NCBI GenBank assembly: GCA_031835245.2
Contig: JAVKOQ020000005.1
Coordinates: forward strand, 310,001-374,000
From: Balamuthia mandrillaris
Lineage: Eukaryota
Direction of reading: 5' to 3'
Length of the DNA stretch: 64,000 nucleotides
Below, in pieces: positions 52,601 through 63,545 of this stretch. Within the stretch, counting starts at the first letter, position 1; the number at the start of each line of letters is the position of its first letter. The translations under genes and the position numbers were made by a program. The notes beneath the pieces are model-generated. The model was not told the DNA's origin. It ran no database searches and was given only the letters and a program-made list of their open reading frames with translations.

Positions 52601-53424
52601 TGCTGGATGAGGAGAGCAGTAACATCGTATAGCGTCTTTGATATCTTCGCCTTTGTATTTGGATTCTATGCAAAAACAAACTCAGTACTTCAAACTACAA
52701 CGCAAGAGAGGAGCAAGAGAAGCTTACGTAATAATATTGATACTTGAAGCCCAGGATGTGGGGAAGAGACTTGGCTTTGAAACGGCGAACGATGCTCAAG
52801 AAATTAAGGTTGCGTTGGTTCTGCTCAAATGACTCCAACACAATGTCCAGCACTCGGTGTGGGTCCAAATCAAAATAACCTAGTAATGCAAAAGGTCAGT
52901 ATAAAAAGAAGGGTGAATGAAATGAGAGAAAATATGAGATAAAATACCAATAAGAGCTTGTATGTTATTAATAACGTGTTGAACGGTGTTTGCGTTGAAG
53001 GGTTGGTTGAGTTCGGTGATGAGCTTTGAGTATCCTTCGCTTTCTTCTCGCAACACATTAAACTTTTCTTGTGTAAGCCTATACAAACAAAAAAGACAGA
53101 CCGGTAAGATAAACATGATAGTCGATGAGAAGAAGCAGAAAAGAAGAAGAAGAAGAAGAAGAAGAAGAAGAAGAAGAAGAACAAGAAGAAGAAGAAGAAG
53201 AAGAAGCAGAAGCAGAAGCAGAAGCAGAAGCAGAAGCAGAAGCAGAAGCAGAAGAGACGTACGAGTCGCGAGTGTTAATGCGGACAAGTTTGCTGGTCCA
53301 AGACCGAACCGAAGGCACTATTCGAATGTTCTCCAAGAGTTTGTCTTGCAGTCGTTCTTTCAACAACGCCCGGTCCACCAAACCAGCACTCTATTTTTTT
53401 AATGCGTTAACAAAAAACAGAAGC

Positions 53425-53464
<40 letters not shown>

Positions 53465-53954
53465 CAGGGCAAGAGAGAAAGAATGAGAGGGAGAGAAGAG
53501 AGGGGACCTTTGACTTCTTGATAAGCTCGATCAACCGCACGTACTGCTCGCTGGCACTGTCCTGCAGCTCTGGCTCTTGTCCAAACAGCCAAAACACGTC
53601 CGCCAACAAAGAGCCCAGCCTCCTCTTGCTGTCCGAGCGGGAGCGCTCATCGCCTCCCTTCTCTGCACTGCCGTCTTGTTGCTGTTGTTGTTGTGAAAGA
53701 AGAAGGTCGACCACTTGGTCGGCGGTCAGCTTCGCGTGAACCACGTTCCAACAGAGCTCATAGAGAAGAGGCTGTAAACTCTGTGATGAGGACAAAAGTT
53801 TTTGTCTGGAAAGGGGGAAAAACAACGAGCTTAAGAAAAAGCAAAGAGAGTATCAAAGAAAAAAAACCATTGCGAGAGGAGAAGAAGGAACGTACGTTGT
53901 TTTCTTGCCGTTGGTTTCCCAGTCGTTTGTGATTTGGGAAGTGATGTGCTGCAT
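46616..53954 (-). CDS. THOC2: THO complex subunit 2, many exons
   Basis: [108 protein letters not shown]; Ser/Arg-rich tail. Confidence 0.95.
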
Positions 53955-54469
53955 TCTTCGGTTTAGTCTACCCCACAGCAAAATTTTTTAAAAAAAAAAA
54001 GAGTAGTCGGTTGATTCTAACAAACCAACAAGGGGAGGGGGAAAAAGAATAAGGCGCGCGCACACCTGCCCCAAAGTATCCTCTCACTCAAGTGCTCCTA
54101 ATAGGAAAAAAAAAAACAACAACAACGGACGGCAAAAGAATGAATGGAGGCAGCGGAAGGGAGGCAGTGGATCGTATGCTTCTCTCTCTTTCTTTTCTCA
54201 AACTTTTTGTCGACAAAGTTATAATGATGTCACCAAATATGTCGACGGATTTCATGTCGTCACATTCAAGTTTCCGTCGACATTGAGCCCCAATCTATCC
54301 CTTGCAGCAAGGGATAGATTTTTCGTCTCGGATACGGCCCTATTCCACTCTAGAGTACTTCTCTCTCATAGTTTACATATGCACAGATAACAGAAGAATT
54401 GTTGGCAAGGGAGAAAGGGCCAAGAAGTGACGGATGCAACCATATGGGAAGAAGGTGGGAAAGATTGTT

Positions 54470-54588
54470 GGATACGGCCATACTGCGGAGAAAGCACCGC
54501 TTCCCGTCCGATCAGCGAAGTTAAGCTCCGCCAGGCGATGTTAGTACTGGGGTGGGTGACCACCCGGGAATCCATCGTGCTGTATCCT
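54470..54588 (+). rRNA. 5S: 5S ribosomal RNA (119 nt)
   Basis: GGATACGGCCATAC..CCGATCAGCGAAGTTAAGC..TTAGTACTGGGGTGGGTGACCACCCGGGAA..CTGTATCCT; ends pair; internal A and C box sequences. Confidence 0.97.
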
Positions 54589-54591
54589 CCC

Positions 54592-54600
54592 TTTTTTTTT
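54592..54600 (+). terminator. Pol III oligo(T) terminator of the 5S gene
   Basis: T9 run 3 nt after the 5S 3' end. Confidence 0.85.
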
Positions 54601-54634
54601 GCCTTTGGCAAACTTTGCAGGGATTTCCTTTGGT

Positions 54635-54680
<46 letters not shown>

Positions 54681-54702
54681 TTTTCCTTTCGTTCTCTTAG
54701 CC

Positions 54703-55767
54703 TTTTTTTTTTTTTTTTTTTTTTGGAAATAGTTTATTGGCTATCTAGTGGGCTGGGCCGCTCAACCTCGTAGGTAGAATACCTACGGCACCGCTTACTG
54801 GCGTCAATGCCCATCGGGCAGAGTGCGTTGGGAGGCACATAGGTTGCTAGAGATCGCCTGTTACACGTTTTGAAGTTGGGAGGGTGTGGTGGGTGTGAGA
54901 GAACGCTTGTTCCAAGTTTTGAAGTTGGGATGGTGTGGTAGATAGGTTGGCTTCCATTGGAGATGCAAAGGCAGATGTGTCATCCAGGCACGGATTCCGC
55001 TGGCAGTCCGCTGGCACCTGACCGGGCTGGCAGGTTTTAGGAGGTCTAACCTCCTGTGGGGTTTCCTCTTTTTCGGGAAGGCCGCTCGGTTTTGTTACGA
55101 GTCGTCGAGGAAATGCAGTTTTTTGAGTTTCTCATTTCGCTTGAGGAAAATATAGGTCCTGGTGCTGTCGATAATGTGGGTGATGCTATTGATATCTTTG
55201 TTTTTGGTGCCGTGTACCGTTAGATAGTAGGGGAGTTCTCCTTTCCAAAAGTCTAGGTTTTTCACTTGTTGTGCCAACAAGGAGGAAATAAGGATGGTTC
55301 GTTTTGTTGGTTTTTGTTTTTGTGCGTTTGTTTGCTTGTGTGTTTGGGCTTATATTTGTGTTTGTGTTAGCATAAGTATTTATATTCAAAGAATTAGATG
55401 CGAGAGATTCAAGATTTGCAGTTTTGTGTGAGGGGGTTTTTCGTGATTTTTCGTATGGGATGGGGGGGGGCGTGCTTGGAGCTACCCATACACTCAACTT
55501 TACCCACAAAAGTCGAGCGCACCCTTCGGATTGACGTGGTTGGGTGTTCCCACGGCACTCGTAAGATTTACATGGGCGAGTGCCCCCATAAAAGGGAGGG
55601 GAAGGGTTAACGCCAACGTTCATACCTTCTCGGCACCGCCCACGCAAGTCGGAGTGATCAAATTAGACAGGGGAAAGATAAAGTAGGAAAATCAAAATCA
55701 AATCAAAGTTAGTCAGTCGCGCTCTTCCTCTGCTGTTCCGTCTTCTCTAAACTTGTTTTGCTTCTTC
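54703..55767 (-). mobile_element. Non-autonomous retroposed element (SINE-like or internally deleted LINE) with poly(A) tail and TSD
   Basis: Minus strand has AATAAA (54733-54738) then A22 (54703-54724); CTCTTAGCC(TTTT) flanks both sides (54694-54702 and 55768-55780); remnant ORF 55095-55280. Confidence 0.72.
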
Positions 55768-55821
55768 CTCTTAGCCTTTTAAATTTTTCGACAATAGCAT
55801 CCGACGTGGCGAGCACACGAG

Positions 55822-55859
<38 letters not shown>

Positions 55860-56050
55860 CAACCACCAAAGAAGACGAAGAAAAAAAAAAGAAGAAGAGA
55901 GAGCGAAAAAGATTGTGCAGCCCGTAGCCAACAGAACAAAAAAAAAGAATCACGCCGATATCGGTGGTGCAACAGTTTTTTTTTTTTCTCACAGCAAACA
56001 GATCCAACAACCATTTGTTCGAGAAAAAAAAACCATATAAATAAACAAAG

Positions 56051-56941
56051 ATGTTACCACAACACGCCCCAAGTGCAGCGGCGCGCTTTCGATCCAGCTC
56101 TTATGTGCCAGAGTATCTGCGAAGGCTCGTTCAGTATCCGCAGATGGACATAGAATACACGTTCTGGTACTGAGCGAGGACTTCGTTGCTCTCTCTTTCT
56201 CTCTCTATTCACTTTCACTCACTTTTTACTGCTCTCTCTTCTAACACCCATTGTCGTCGTTGTTAAAACAGGCAAATGTTTTACCTGTGTGTGGATCCAG
56301 GAAGAGTGTACGTTGGCTCTTTTTATTTTTGATGTAAGTTATTTCCAACAATGCTGATTCTCACCTTGTTGTTGCTCACATACAGGTATCGCACCACCTC
56401 TTGGCGAAAGCGTGAGTGCCCTCTTGCCTTTACCCCCTTAGTGTTCTTCTTGTCCTTGTTCTTCTTCTTATTCTTTTCCATGTGTTCTTCTTCTTCTTGT
56501 TGTTCTTGTTCTTGTTCTTCTTCTTCTTGTTCTTCTTCTTCTTCTTCTTCTTCTTCTTCTTCTTCTTCTTCTTCTTGTTCTTCTTGTTCTTCTTCTTCTT
56601 CTTCTTCTTCTTCTTCTTCTTGCTTCTTGCTTCTTGCTTCTTGCTTCTTGCTTCTTGCTTCTTGCTTCTTGCTTCTTGCTTCTTGTTCGTCCAACACATC
56701 CCTTCTTTTGTGCCCAAACAGAGACAAAGAACCAATGGGCAAGAGATGACCCGGCCTTTGTGGGCATACTTATCCTTTTTCAAGCGGTGGCTGCTCTCTC
56801 CTTCGCTGTTGCTTTTCGGGCTCCCAGTTTGACCGTCATACTGAAGATCATGTTTTGGACCACCATCGTCGAGTTCTTGGGCTTGGGCGTTCTCATTGCT
56901 ACCATCAATTGGTAAGCTCTTCCAACACTCTCTCTCTTCTG

Positions 56942-56981
<40 letters not shown>

Positions 56982-57611
56982 GTTTCAGTCACTTTCTCTC
57001 CTCTTACTTTTCCTCTTTGTTATATCTCTTCCGCTTTATCTCTTTCTTCTTCTGGCTTACACAAAAAAACAGGTTCATATCGAACCGGTATCTAAGGGCA
57101 CCTCATGGAGTACACAGCGTGGAGCAAAAAGTGGAATGGCTGTACGCCTATGACATTCACTGTAACTCCTTCTTCCCTCTCTTCGTCCTGCTCTACGTCG
57201 TACAGTTCTTTTGCATGCCCGTCTTCCTCCTGCCGGGCTTTATCCCTGCCTTCCTCTCCAACACCCTCTTCGCCTTTGCCTTTGCTATTTATTTCCGTCT
57301 TACCTTCATGGGTTACAATGGTAATGTTTCTTTCTTTCTTTTTTTTTTCGCTTCTTGTCGTCTTCATCTCCCTCCTTGTTCCTTCTTCCACACTTCCCTC
57401 CTTGCAACTCCCCAATAGTCTTTTTGTTCTTATCACTCTCTCCTTTCTCACCTCCTTCGTTGCAGTGTTGCCGTTCCTCCAAAACACGGTGTACTTCTTA
57501 TGGCCAATACTGCTGGTGGTGTTGGGATACGTGTTGGCCATCGTCTCTGGGTTCAATGCCTCCATCTTCGTGGCCAACTATTACTTTGGCGGCGTTCACA
57601 CTTCCTTTTAG
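56051..57611 (+). CDS. UNC50: UNC-50 / Gmh1 Golgi membrane protein, multi-exon
   Basis: YLRRLVQYPQMDIEYTFW|QMFYLC..|ETKNQWARDDPAF..VEQKVEWLYAYDIHCNSFFP..LTFMGYN|VLPFLQNT. Confidence 0.95.
56483..56686 (+). repeat. Intronic (TTC)n followed by (TTCTTGC)n
   Basis: Visible run. Confidence 0.9.
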
Positions 57612-57842
57612 TTCTCTTGTGTTCTTTTGTTCCTTTATCTCTCTGTTTAAAATAAAAAAAGTATTGCGCCTTGTAAAGAACACAAAGCCGTGCGGAGAGC
57701 CAAGCAGGAGAGAGAGAAAGAGAAAGGGAAAGTAGGAGCCCAAATGGTCGTTTTTTTTCATCTTTCAAAGAGCCATGGCCGAAGAAACAAAAAAACAAAA
57801 AACCACTGTTTCTTTTCTTGTTGTTTGTTTGCTTGGTTGTAC

Positions 57843-58638
57843 TTAGAAGATACGGAACTGCTTCTTCTTCTGAAGACCCTGAGTGTTCTGAGGAGCGGTG
57901 GCCAAGACGTTGAAGCGGACAGTCTTGGAGAGAGGCCTGCACTGACCGATGGTGACAATGTCGCCCTCCTTCACGGTGAAAGCGGGGGAGATGTGTGCAG
58001 GGATGTTCTTGTGTCGCTTCTCGAAACGGCTGTACTTGGGGACGTAGTGGAGGTAGTCCCTGCGGACAATGATGGTCCTCTTCATCTTGGTAGAGACCAC
58101 AACGCCACGCAAGATACGACCACGAATGTGAACATCACCGGTCCAGGGGCACTTCTTGTCAATGTAGCTGCCGCTGATGGCAAGCTGGGGGGTCTTGAAG
58201 CCCAGACCTACGTTCTTGTAGTAGCGAGTGACGCCCTTGGTTTGTCTCTTTCCAAGAAGCCTCTTCCTACCAACGAAGATGGTGGGTTGCTTCTGGAAAG
58301 CCTTCTCGCTCTGTGGGGTAGAGAGGGGGGAAAAAGGGGAGTTAACAAAGAGAGCGTTTGTGGTTGACGGAAAGCAAAAAAATCGGCATGTGACACGCAA
58401 ACATAAAATCAAGCACGGAGTAATAAATCAAACAGAGAAAAGAAAAGAAGAATAAATGAAGAGAGTGACGATTACAGTAGTAGAGCGCAAAAAATCAAAA
58501 CAAAAATGGAGTCAATCAAACAAAAAGAGGGGCAAAAATAGAGCACCACAAACACACCAATCATAAATCGCAACAAAAGACAAAAAATCAGTGAGCGCAA
58601 AATACGCAACAAACCTGTACGGTGGTTTCCTCGGACAT
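57843..58638 (-). CDS. RPS11: 40S ribosomal protein S11 (uS17), 2 exons
   Basis: [75 protein letters not shown]. Confidence 0.97.
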
Positions 58639-58982
58639 GGTGATGAAAAAGGTGGCTCTGACGGAACGTCGACGGACACACAGAAAAAAAAGGGGGCTCC
58701 TGCTTTTTGGCTTTGGACTGGGGAAAGGAAAAATAAACTTTGGAAGAGGGGCGAAAAAACAGAAGAAAAAAAGAGGGAACGGAGTTTTCCCCTGTCGACA
58801 ATTTTTCTGATTGGGTCGGTACTTCTCCAGATGATGATTTGATCTATCGGATCGAAATTCCAAAGTTTCGCGTCGACAAACTTTCCCGCCATTTTTTCGT
58901 TTTTTCCGTGTCCCTGCTTGGGACAGCTGGATTACGGGCAAAAAACGAGAGAGAGGAGGAGGAGGAGGGAGGGGGGCGCAAG

Positions 58983-59631
58983 ATGGAGACAGGGAGAAGA
59001 AGGTTCGAAGAGGATTTGGCCAAAGAGGAAGAGAGCAGCGGCAGAAGAGCCACGTTGGGCGGGGTAAGGAGCGGCAGCAGCGGTGCGGGCAGCAGAGCCG
59101 GAGTAGCGCGGATGAGCATCGCCCCCGTTGTTGCGCGATCGATGTACGGACAACGGGGACAAGCGGCAAAGGATATATCTGCTGCCAACGGTCATCGCGC
59201 CGCTGCGCCACAGAAAACAAGACGAGCCGGTGGTGGTGGTGGTGGTGGTGGTGGAGGAAGAGACAAAGGCAAAGGAACGGTGACGGTGGATGCCAGGCAA
59301 GTGACGGAGTGGGTGTTGGAGGAGATGCGCTGGAAGCCACCATTTCCGGGGGAAGAGCTGTCCCTTCGATTGCCGACCTCTGCTTTCACCTCCCCCAAAT
59401 TGGTACGAAGCAGCTGCCCAAGAGGGCTCTCTCTTTCGTTTGGTTGCAAGAAAAACCGCCACTTTTTATTCTTACCATTCATTTCACACGAACCAACCAG
59501 GCACCCATGTGGATGTATTTGATAACTCATGTTCGTTCCAGAGCCAAGATCGAACACATGAGACGCAACGCTTTACTGTACCCTCCTTTCTCTACTCTCT
59601 TCTTAATTCTTATCTCTCTGCCCTACTTATA

Positions 59632-59668
<37 letters not shown>

Positions 59669-59839
59669 CACTTGGTTGTGGCCAGTCACAAGAAACAACA
59701 GGACGGCAACCACATCGAGTGGAAACGAACTGCAGCCAAGAGGGACCGGTTACGCGCTGAGTTAGCAGCCGCCAAGAGTCGGCTCTCTCAACTGCAAGGA
59801 GAAATGGCTCAGCAGAAGCAACAGATAATGTCTAGTGGT

Positions 59840-59882
<43 letters not shown>

Positions 59883-60154
59883 TCCCTCTCTCCCTCTCTC
59901 TCCCTCTCTCTCTCTCTCCATCTCTCCCGCTATCTCACTCTCCTTTTGCTGATGCTTTATTTTGCTGTCAACGAAAAAAGAACGAGAGAAAAAGGAGCTT
60001 GAAGAAAGAGTATCTAAAGCAGAAAAAGAACGAATGTTACTAACTGTTTATGAGCAGAAAACAGCGATGACCATGTTAGTATTCAAGGAATATGCCTCTC
60101 GTTTGGAGCGCATCAATTCCAAGCTCCAAAACAGTGACTCCACAACGTACGTCC

Positions 60155-60189
<35 letters not shown>

Positions 60190-61810
60190 TCCCGCTCTCT
60201 CTCTCTCTTCCCTTCTCTTTGCCAGAGAAGAAGCAATGTCGAGATTTCGTTCTTCCTTTTCGATAACAAGCTATGCAACCAAAAAAAAGTCAAGAAACAA
60301 CCTATTATCCAGCACAATCCCTGTTATCACCAACCAGTGAAACGTCTGCTGGATTGGAGACGGCTGTTGAGGTAAACACGGTTTCATTCGTATAGTTCGA
60401 CGAGTGTACTGAAAAACTAATCATCCTGTTTGGTACCCTAATCCTAGCATGCCGTTCGGGAGGCTTGCCATAAGTTGGTAAGGAAGCAACAATCGCAACA
60501 ATCCGGCACCGAAGCGTCTTTGTCTTCCGCTTCAGAGGTACCTCCCTTATGATGAAAGAGATGACAGAGAGAATGAGAATGAGAATGAGAGTGAGAGGAA
60601 GTGGGAGAGAAGCATACAAATAACAAAGAAGATGCAGAATGGAGTAACTCCATTATTTGAAAAGTAAGCATAATATTTTTTCCTCACAAAAATAGGATTC
60701 ATTGGCAAACATTCCAGCAAGTGACTTACTAGCGGCAGTAATGCACATCACTCAGTCTCAAAGTGAAGCCTTGCTCCACCGCCTGCAAACGATGATCATG
60801 GCAAACAATAATAACGATGGTCGATATTACAACAATGTAACAACACTGTTGAAAGAAGAAGATGAAGGCGAAGAACACCGGGCTGATCTTCGCATTCGTC
60901 AACATGCTCAACAAATATCTTCGCTATTGATCGAGCAGCAAAGGAAACACAACCAGCGGTTCATTGAGACGCAACGCCTTCTTAACGAAGCTCACCAACT
61001 CAGACAAAACATCTCTGGTTCTATGTTATCTTCTAAACTCGCTTCAGAAGCAGGGTACCGACCCTTCTTTCTTTTTCTTTCTTTGTTTCTTTCTCTTTCT
61101 TCTATCTGTATTATGCTTTTTGCCATCTTCTTTTCTACTTTATATCTTTTAAATACCAAACACCTACAAAATAATAGAGAAGTATTCAAGTTACAAAGCA
61201 AGTTGGAAGGAGAGAAGAAGGCAGCAGCCACGATAACCGCTTTCATCCAAGAACTTTTCTCTCTCAAAGAAGAGCTCTTGCTCTCCTCTCAATCTCTCCG
61301 AAAGAAACTGAGCCTTGTCCAATCGCAAACAAACGCACAAGCAAAGAAGGAGGCACAATTGCGGCACCAACTCAAGAAGAACAAACTGTACATACAACGG
61401 CTGCAACAACAGCAAGCTGCATGCAGTGCCTTTGTGAGGCAAAACATCCTGAATGAGCATATGCACCAGGAGTTGAGCCGCTTGATCGGTCTCCATCATG
61501 ATACTGTCTCCAACGATCTTATCAACTATCCTTCTATCACGTTTGTGCTTCACTCTGCTTTTCTTCTTGCTTATCTCTCGTTCTCTCTTTGCTTTTCCTC
61601 TTCTGTGCTTCTCTCTTCTTGCTCTGTGTTCTATGCTTTTTCTAAAAGTAAGAATATCTGCTTTATTAGCATTGGTGAGCAACAAACAGAAAAGACCAAG
61701 GCTTCGGCAATAGACGCGGCATTGGCCGCTCTGAAGTTTGACGCTGCATACAAAGGATGGGATGCTCTTCTGCCTCATGTCTTTAATCTCAAACTCGAAA
61801 GTAATCTCTC

Positions 61811-61863
<53 letters not shown>

Positions 61864-62156
61864 TTGCGTAACATTTTTACTTACTCAGTTTCTTAACATT
61901 AAGTGGAAGATGGCGAACAGTCGACTCTAATATGCAGGGAAATGCTCCATTTTTTGAAGCAGCAACAACAAAACGAAAAGGAAGGCAAAACGCTATACAA
62001 AAGCAGCCATACAAAAGCAGCAGTGGGTGCCCATATTTGAGTCCACTCGCACCGAAGCTCTCAAAGCGATTGCTCATTGTTCCAACGTTTCCTCTTTACT
62101 AGACGAATGGTTTGTCATCTCTCCCTCCCTCTCTTCTCTCTTTTCTCTCTCCCCCT

Positions 62157-62198
<42 letters not shown>

Positions 62199-62356
62199 TC
62201 TGACTAATAAAAAACAGGTGGGAGCAACCAGCACAATTCATCTATGCGGACGGAGTTGAGGTGGAAGGCAAGACGTTAACCCAATGGTTAGCCCATTGGC
62301 GCGACATCTGTCTCCATCATCAACACCCTCACGCTTCTTCCTCTTCCGCTTCGTAA
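58983..62356 (+). CDS. HAUS5: Augmin/HAUS complex subunit 5 homolog; internal exons approximate
   Basis: N-terminal EWVLEEM..MWMYLITHVRSRAKIEHMRRNAL; coiled coils; C-terminal WWEQPAQ..VEVEGKTLTQWL, as in HAUS5/AUG5. Confidence 0.7.
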
Positions 62357-62540
62357 CTCTCAAGAGCAGCAGAAGAGTAGACGCTACGATTCTACGAGAG
62401 GCGGACCCCTTTTAAAGTTGGGCGCCTCGTGTGGCTTCCTTCCCGCCTAAGCTGCAGAGTTGATCTGTGCATACAAGGCCAGTTGAAGAGGACAAGAGGC
62501 GCCTGCTCAACAACCACAGCATTACTTTTTATTCGCAATT

Positions 62541-63545
62541 TCACTTTACATCTTCATTTCGCTTTCTCTTGTGGCCAGATGCTTTAGTATTTGCACATAG
62601 CTCACATAAACATTTCTGGTCACTATCCAAGGTACTTTGTTCCATCTTGTATTGCATCAACAATTCGACTTGTTCTTCTTCCTCTTCTCCTTCTTCTTCT
62701 TTTTGTTTGTCCTTTTCTTTATCCTCGTCTGCTGCTTCTTGTTCTTCTTGTTCTTCTTGGTCTTCTTCTTGTTCTTCTTCTTCTTCTTCTTCTTCCTCTT
62801 CCTGTTCTTCTTCTTCTTCTTCTTCTTCTTCTTCTTCTTCTTCCCCTCGAACTTGCTTCGCATAAACACATCGTAGCCCCCGAAATTCTTTCGGAAAGCT
62901 CCTTGTCGAGATGCTGTGGGGATGGCTGAAAGCAAACGGCGCATCACTTACACGCCTCACCAAGCTCAACGGCCCGCACAGTATGTACGTCTTTCCTCCA
63001 CGCTCGTACAAAGAGGAGTAGCCGTTCGTTCTTAAAGCGTGCACCTCCCTCTTGCATTTCACTTCCAGGAGCACGCCAAAGAGATGTCTCTGTAGAAGAA
63101 ACGGGTGTCTTCCGTTGGCTTTGTGGTTATCCGCCGCCACCAGCTTCTTCGTGCGCAGAAACAAACCTAGCCCTTGCTCCCCCGTCGTGTGCTTGACAAG
63201 CAACGGTCCGTTAGGGTCCAACAACGTGCGATAGTAGAAGTAAACAACGTGCATCAAAAAACGAATGTTCTGCTGCGTTGTTTTCGTCGTTCTGCGGCCA
63301 GCGGCCGTTTTGCAAAAGGACGGCCCTCTCTGGCTCAACGCACACCTGCGGTGTATGAACGCCTCGAACTCCTCTTTCGACAGAAGCCTCTGCGAGCTCC
63401 GGTGTTGCAGCTCGCCGAGCACGTCCGCTCTCTTCAACACGTGGGCCAGAAAAAAGTTCCAGCAGCAGACGTCCCTTGGAATGGAGTGGTATCTGCTCTT
63501 CAATAGGTTTTGCAAAATCACCTGATCTCTTCCTCGCTGTGCCAT
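62541..63545 (-). CDS. Intronless degenerate SET-domain-like protein with poly-Glu insert and post-SET CxCxxC
   Basis: GEQGLGLF, ILCGPLSLV, VYAKQVRG[E-run]ELLMQY, CLCELC; first ATG at 63545. Confidence 0.55.
   Translation of the reverse strand: MAQRGRDQVILQNLLKSRYHSIPRDVCCWNFFLAHVLKRADVLGELQHRSSQRLLSKEEFEAFIHRRCALSQRGPSFCKTAAGRRTTKTTQQNIRFLMHVVYFYYRTLLDPNGPLLVKHTTGEQGLGLFLRTKKLVAADNHKANGRHPFLLQRHLFGVLLEVKCKREVHALRTNGYSSLYERGGKTYILCGPLSLVRRVSDAPFAFSHPHSISTRSFPKEFRGLRCVYAKQVRGEEEEEEEEEEEEEQEEEEEEEEEEQEEDQEEQEEQEAADEDKEKDKQKEEEGEEEEEQVELLMQYKMEQSTLDSDQKCLCELCANTKASGHKRKRNEDVK

Noticed and set aside
54867..54939. Two 24-bp repeats with a spacer as a mini-CRISPR
   Set aside because: Only two units, similarity extends into the spacer, eukaryotic context and no cas genes
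58312..58614. Possible snoRNA in the long RPS11 intron
   Set aside because: No convincing C/D box pair with terminal stem and no H/ACA pattern
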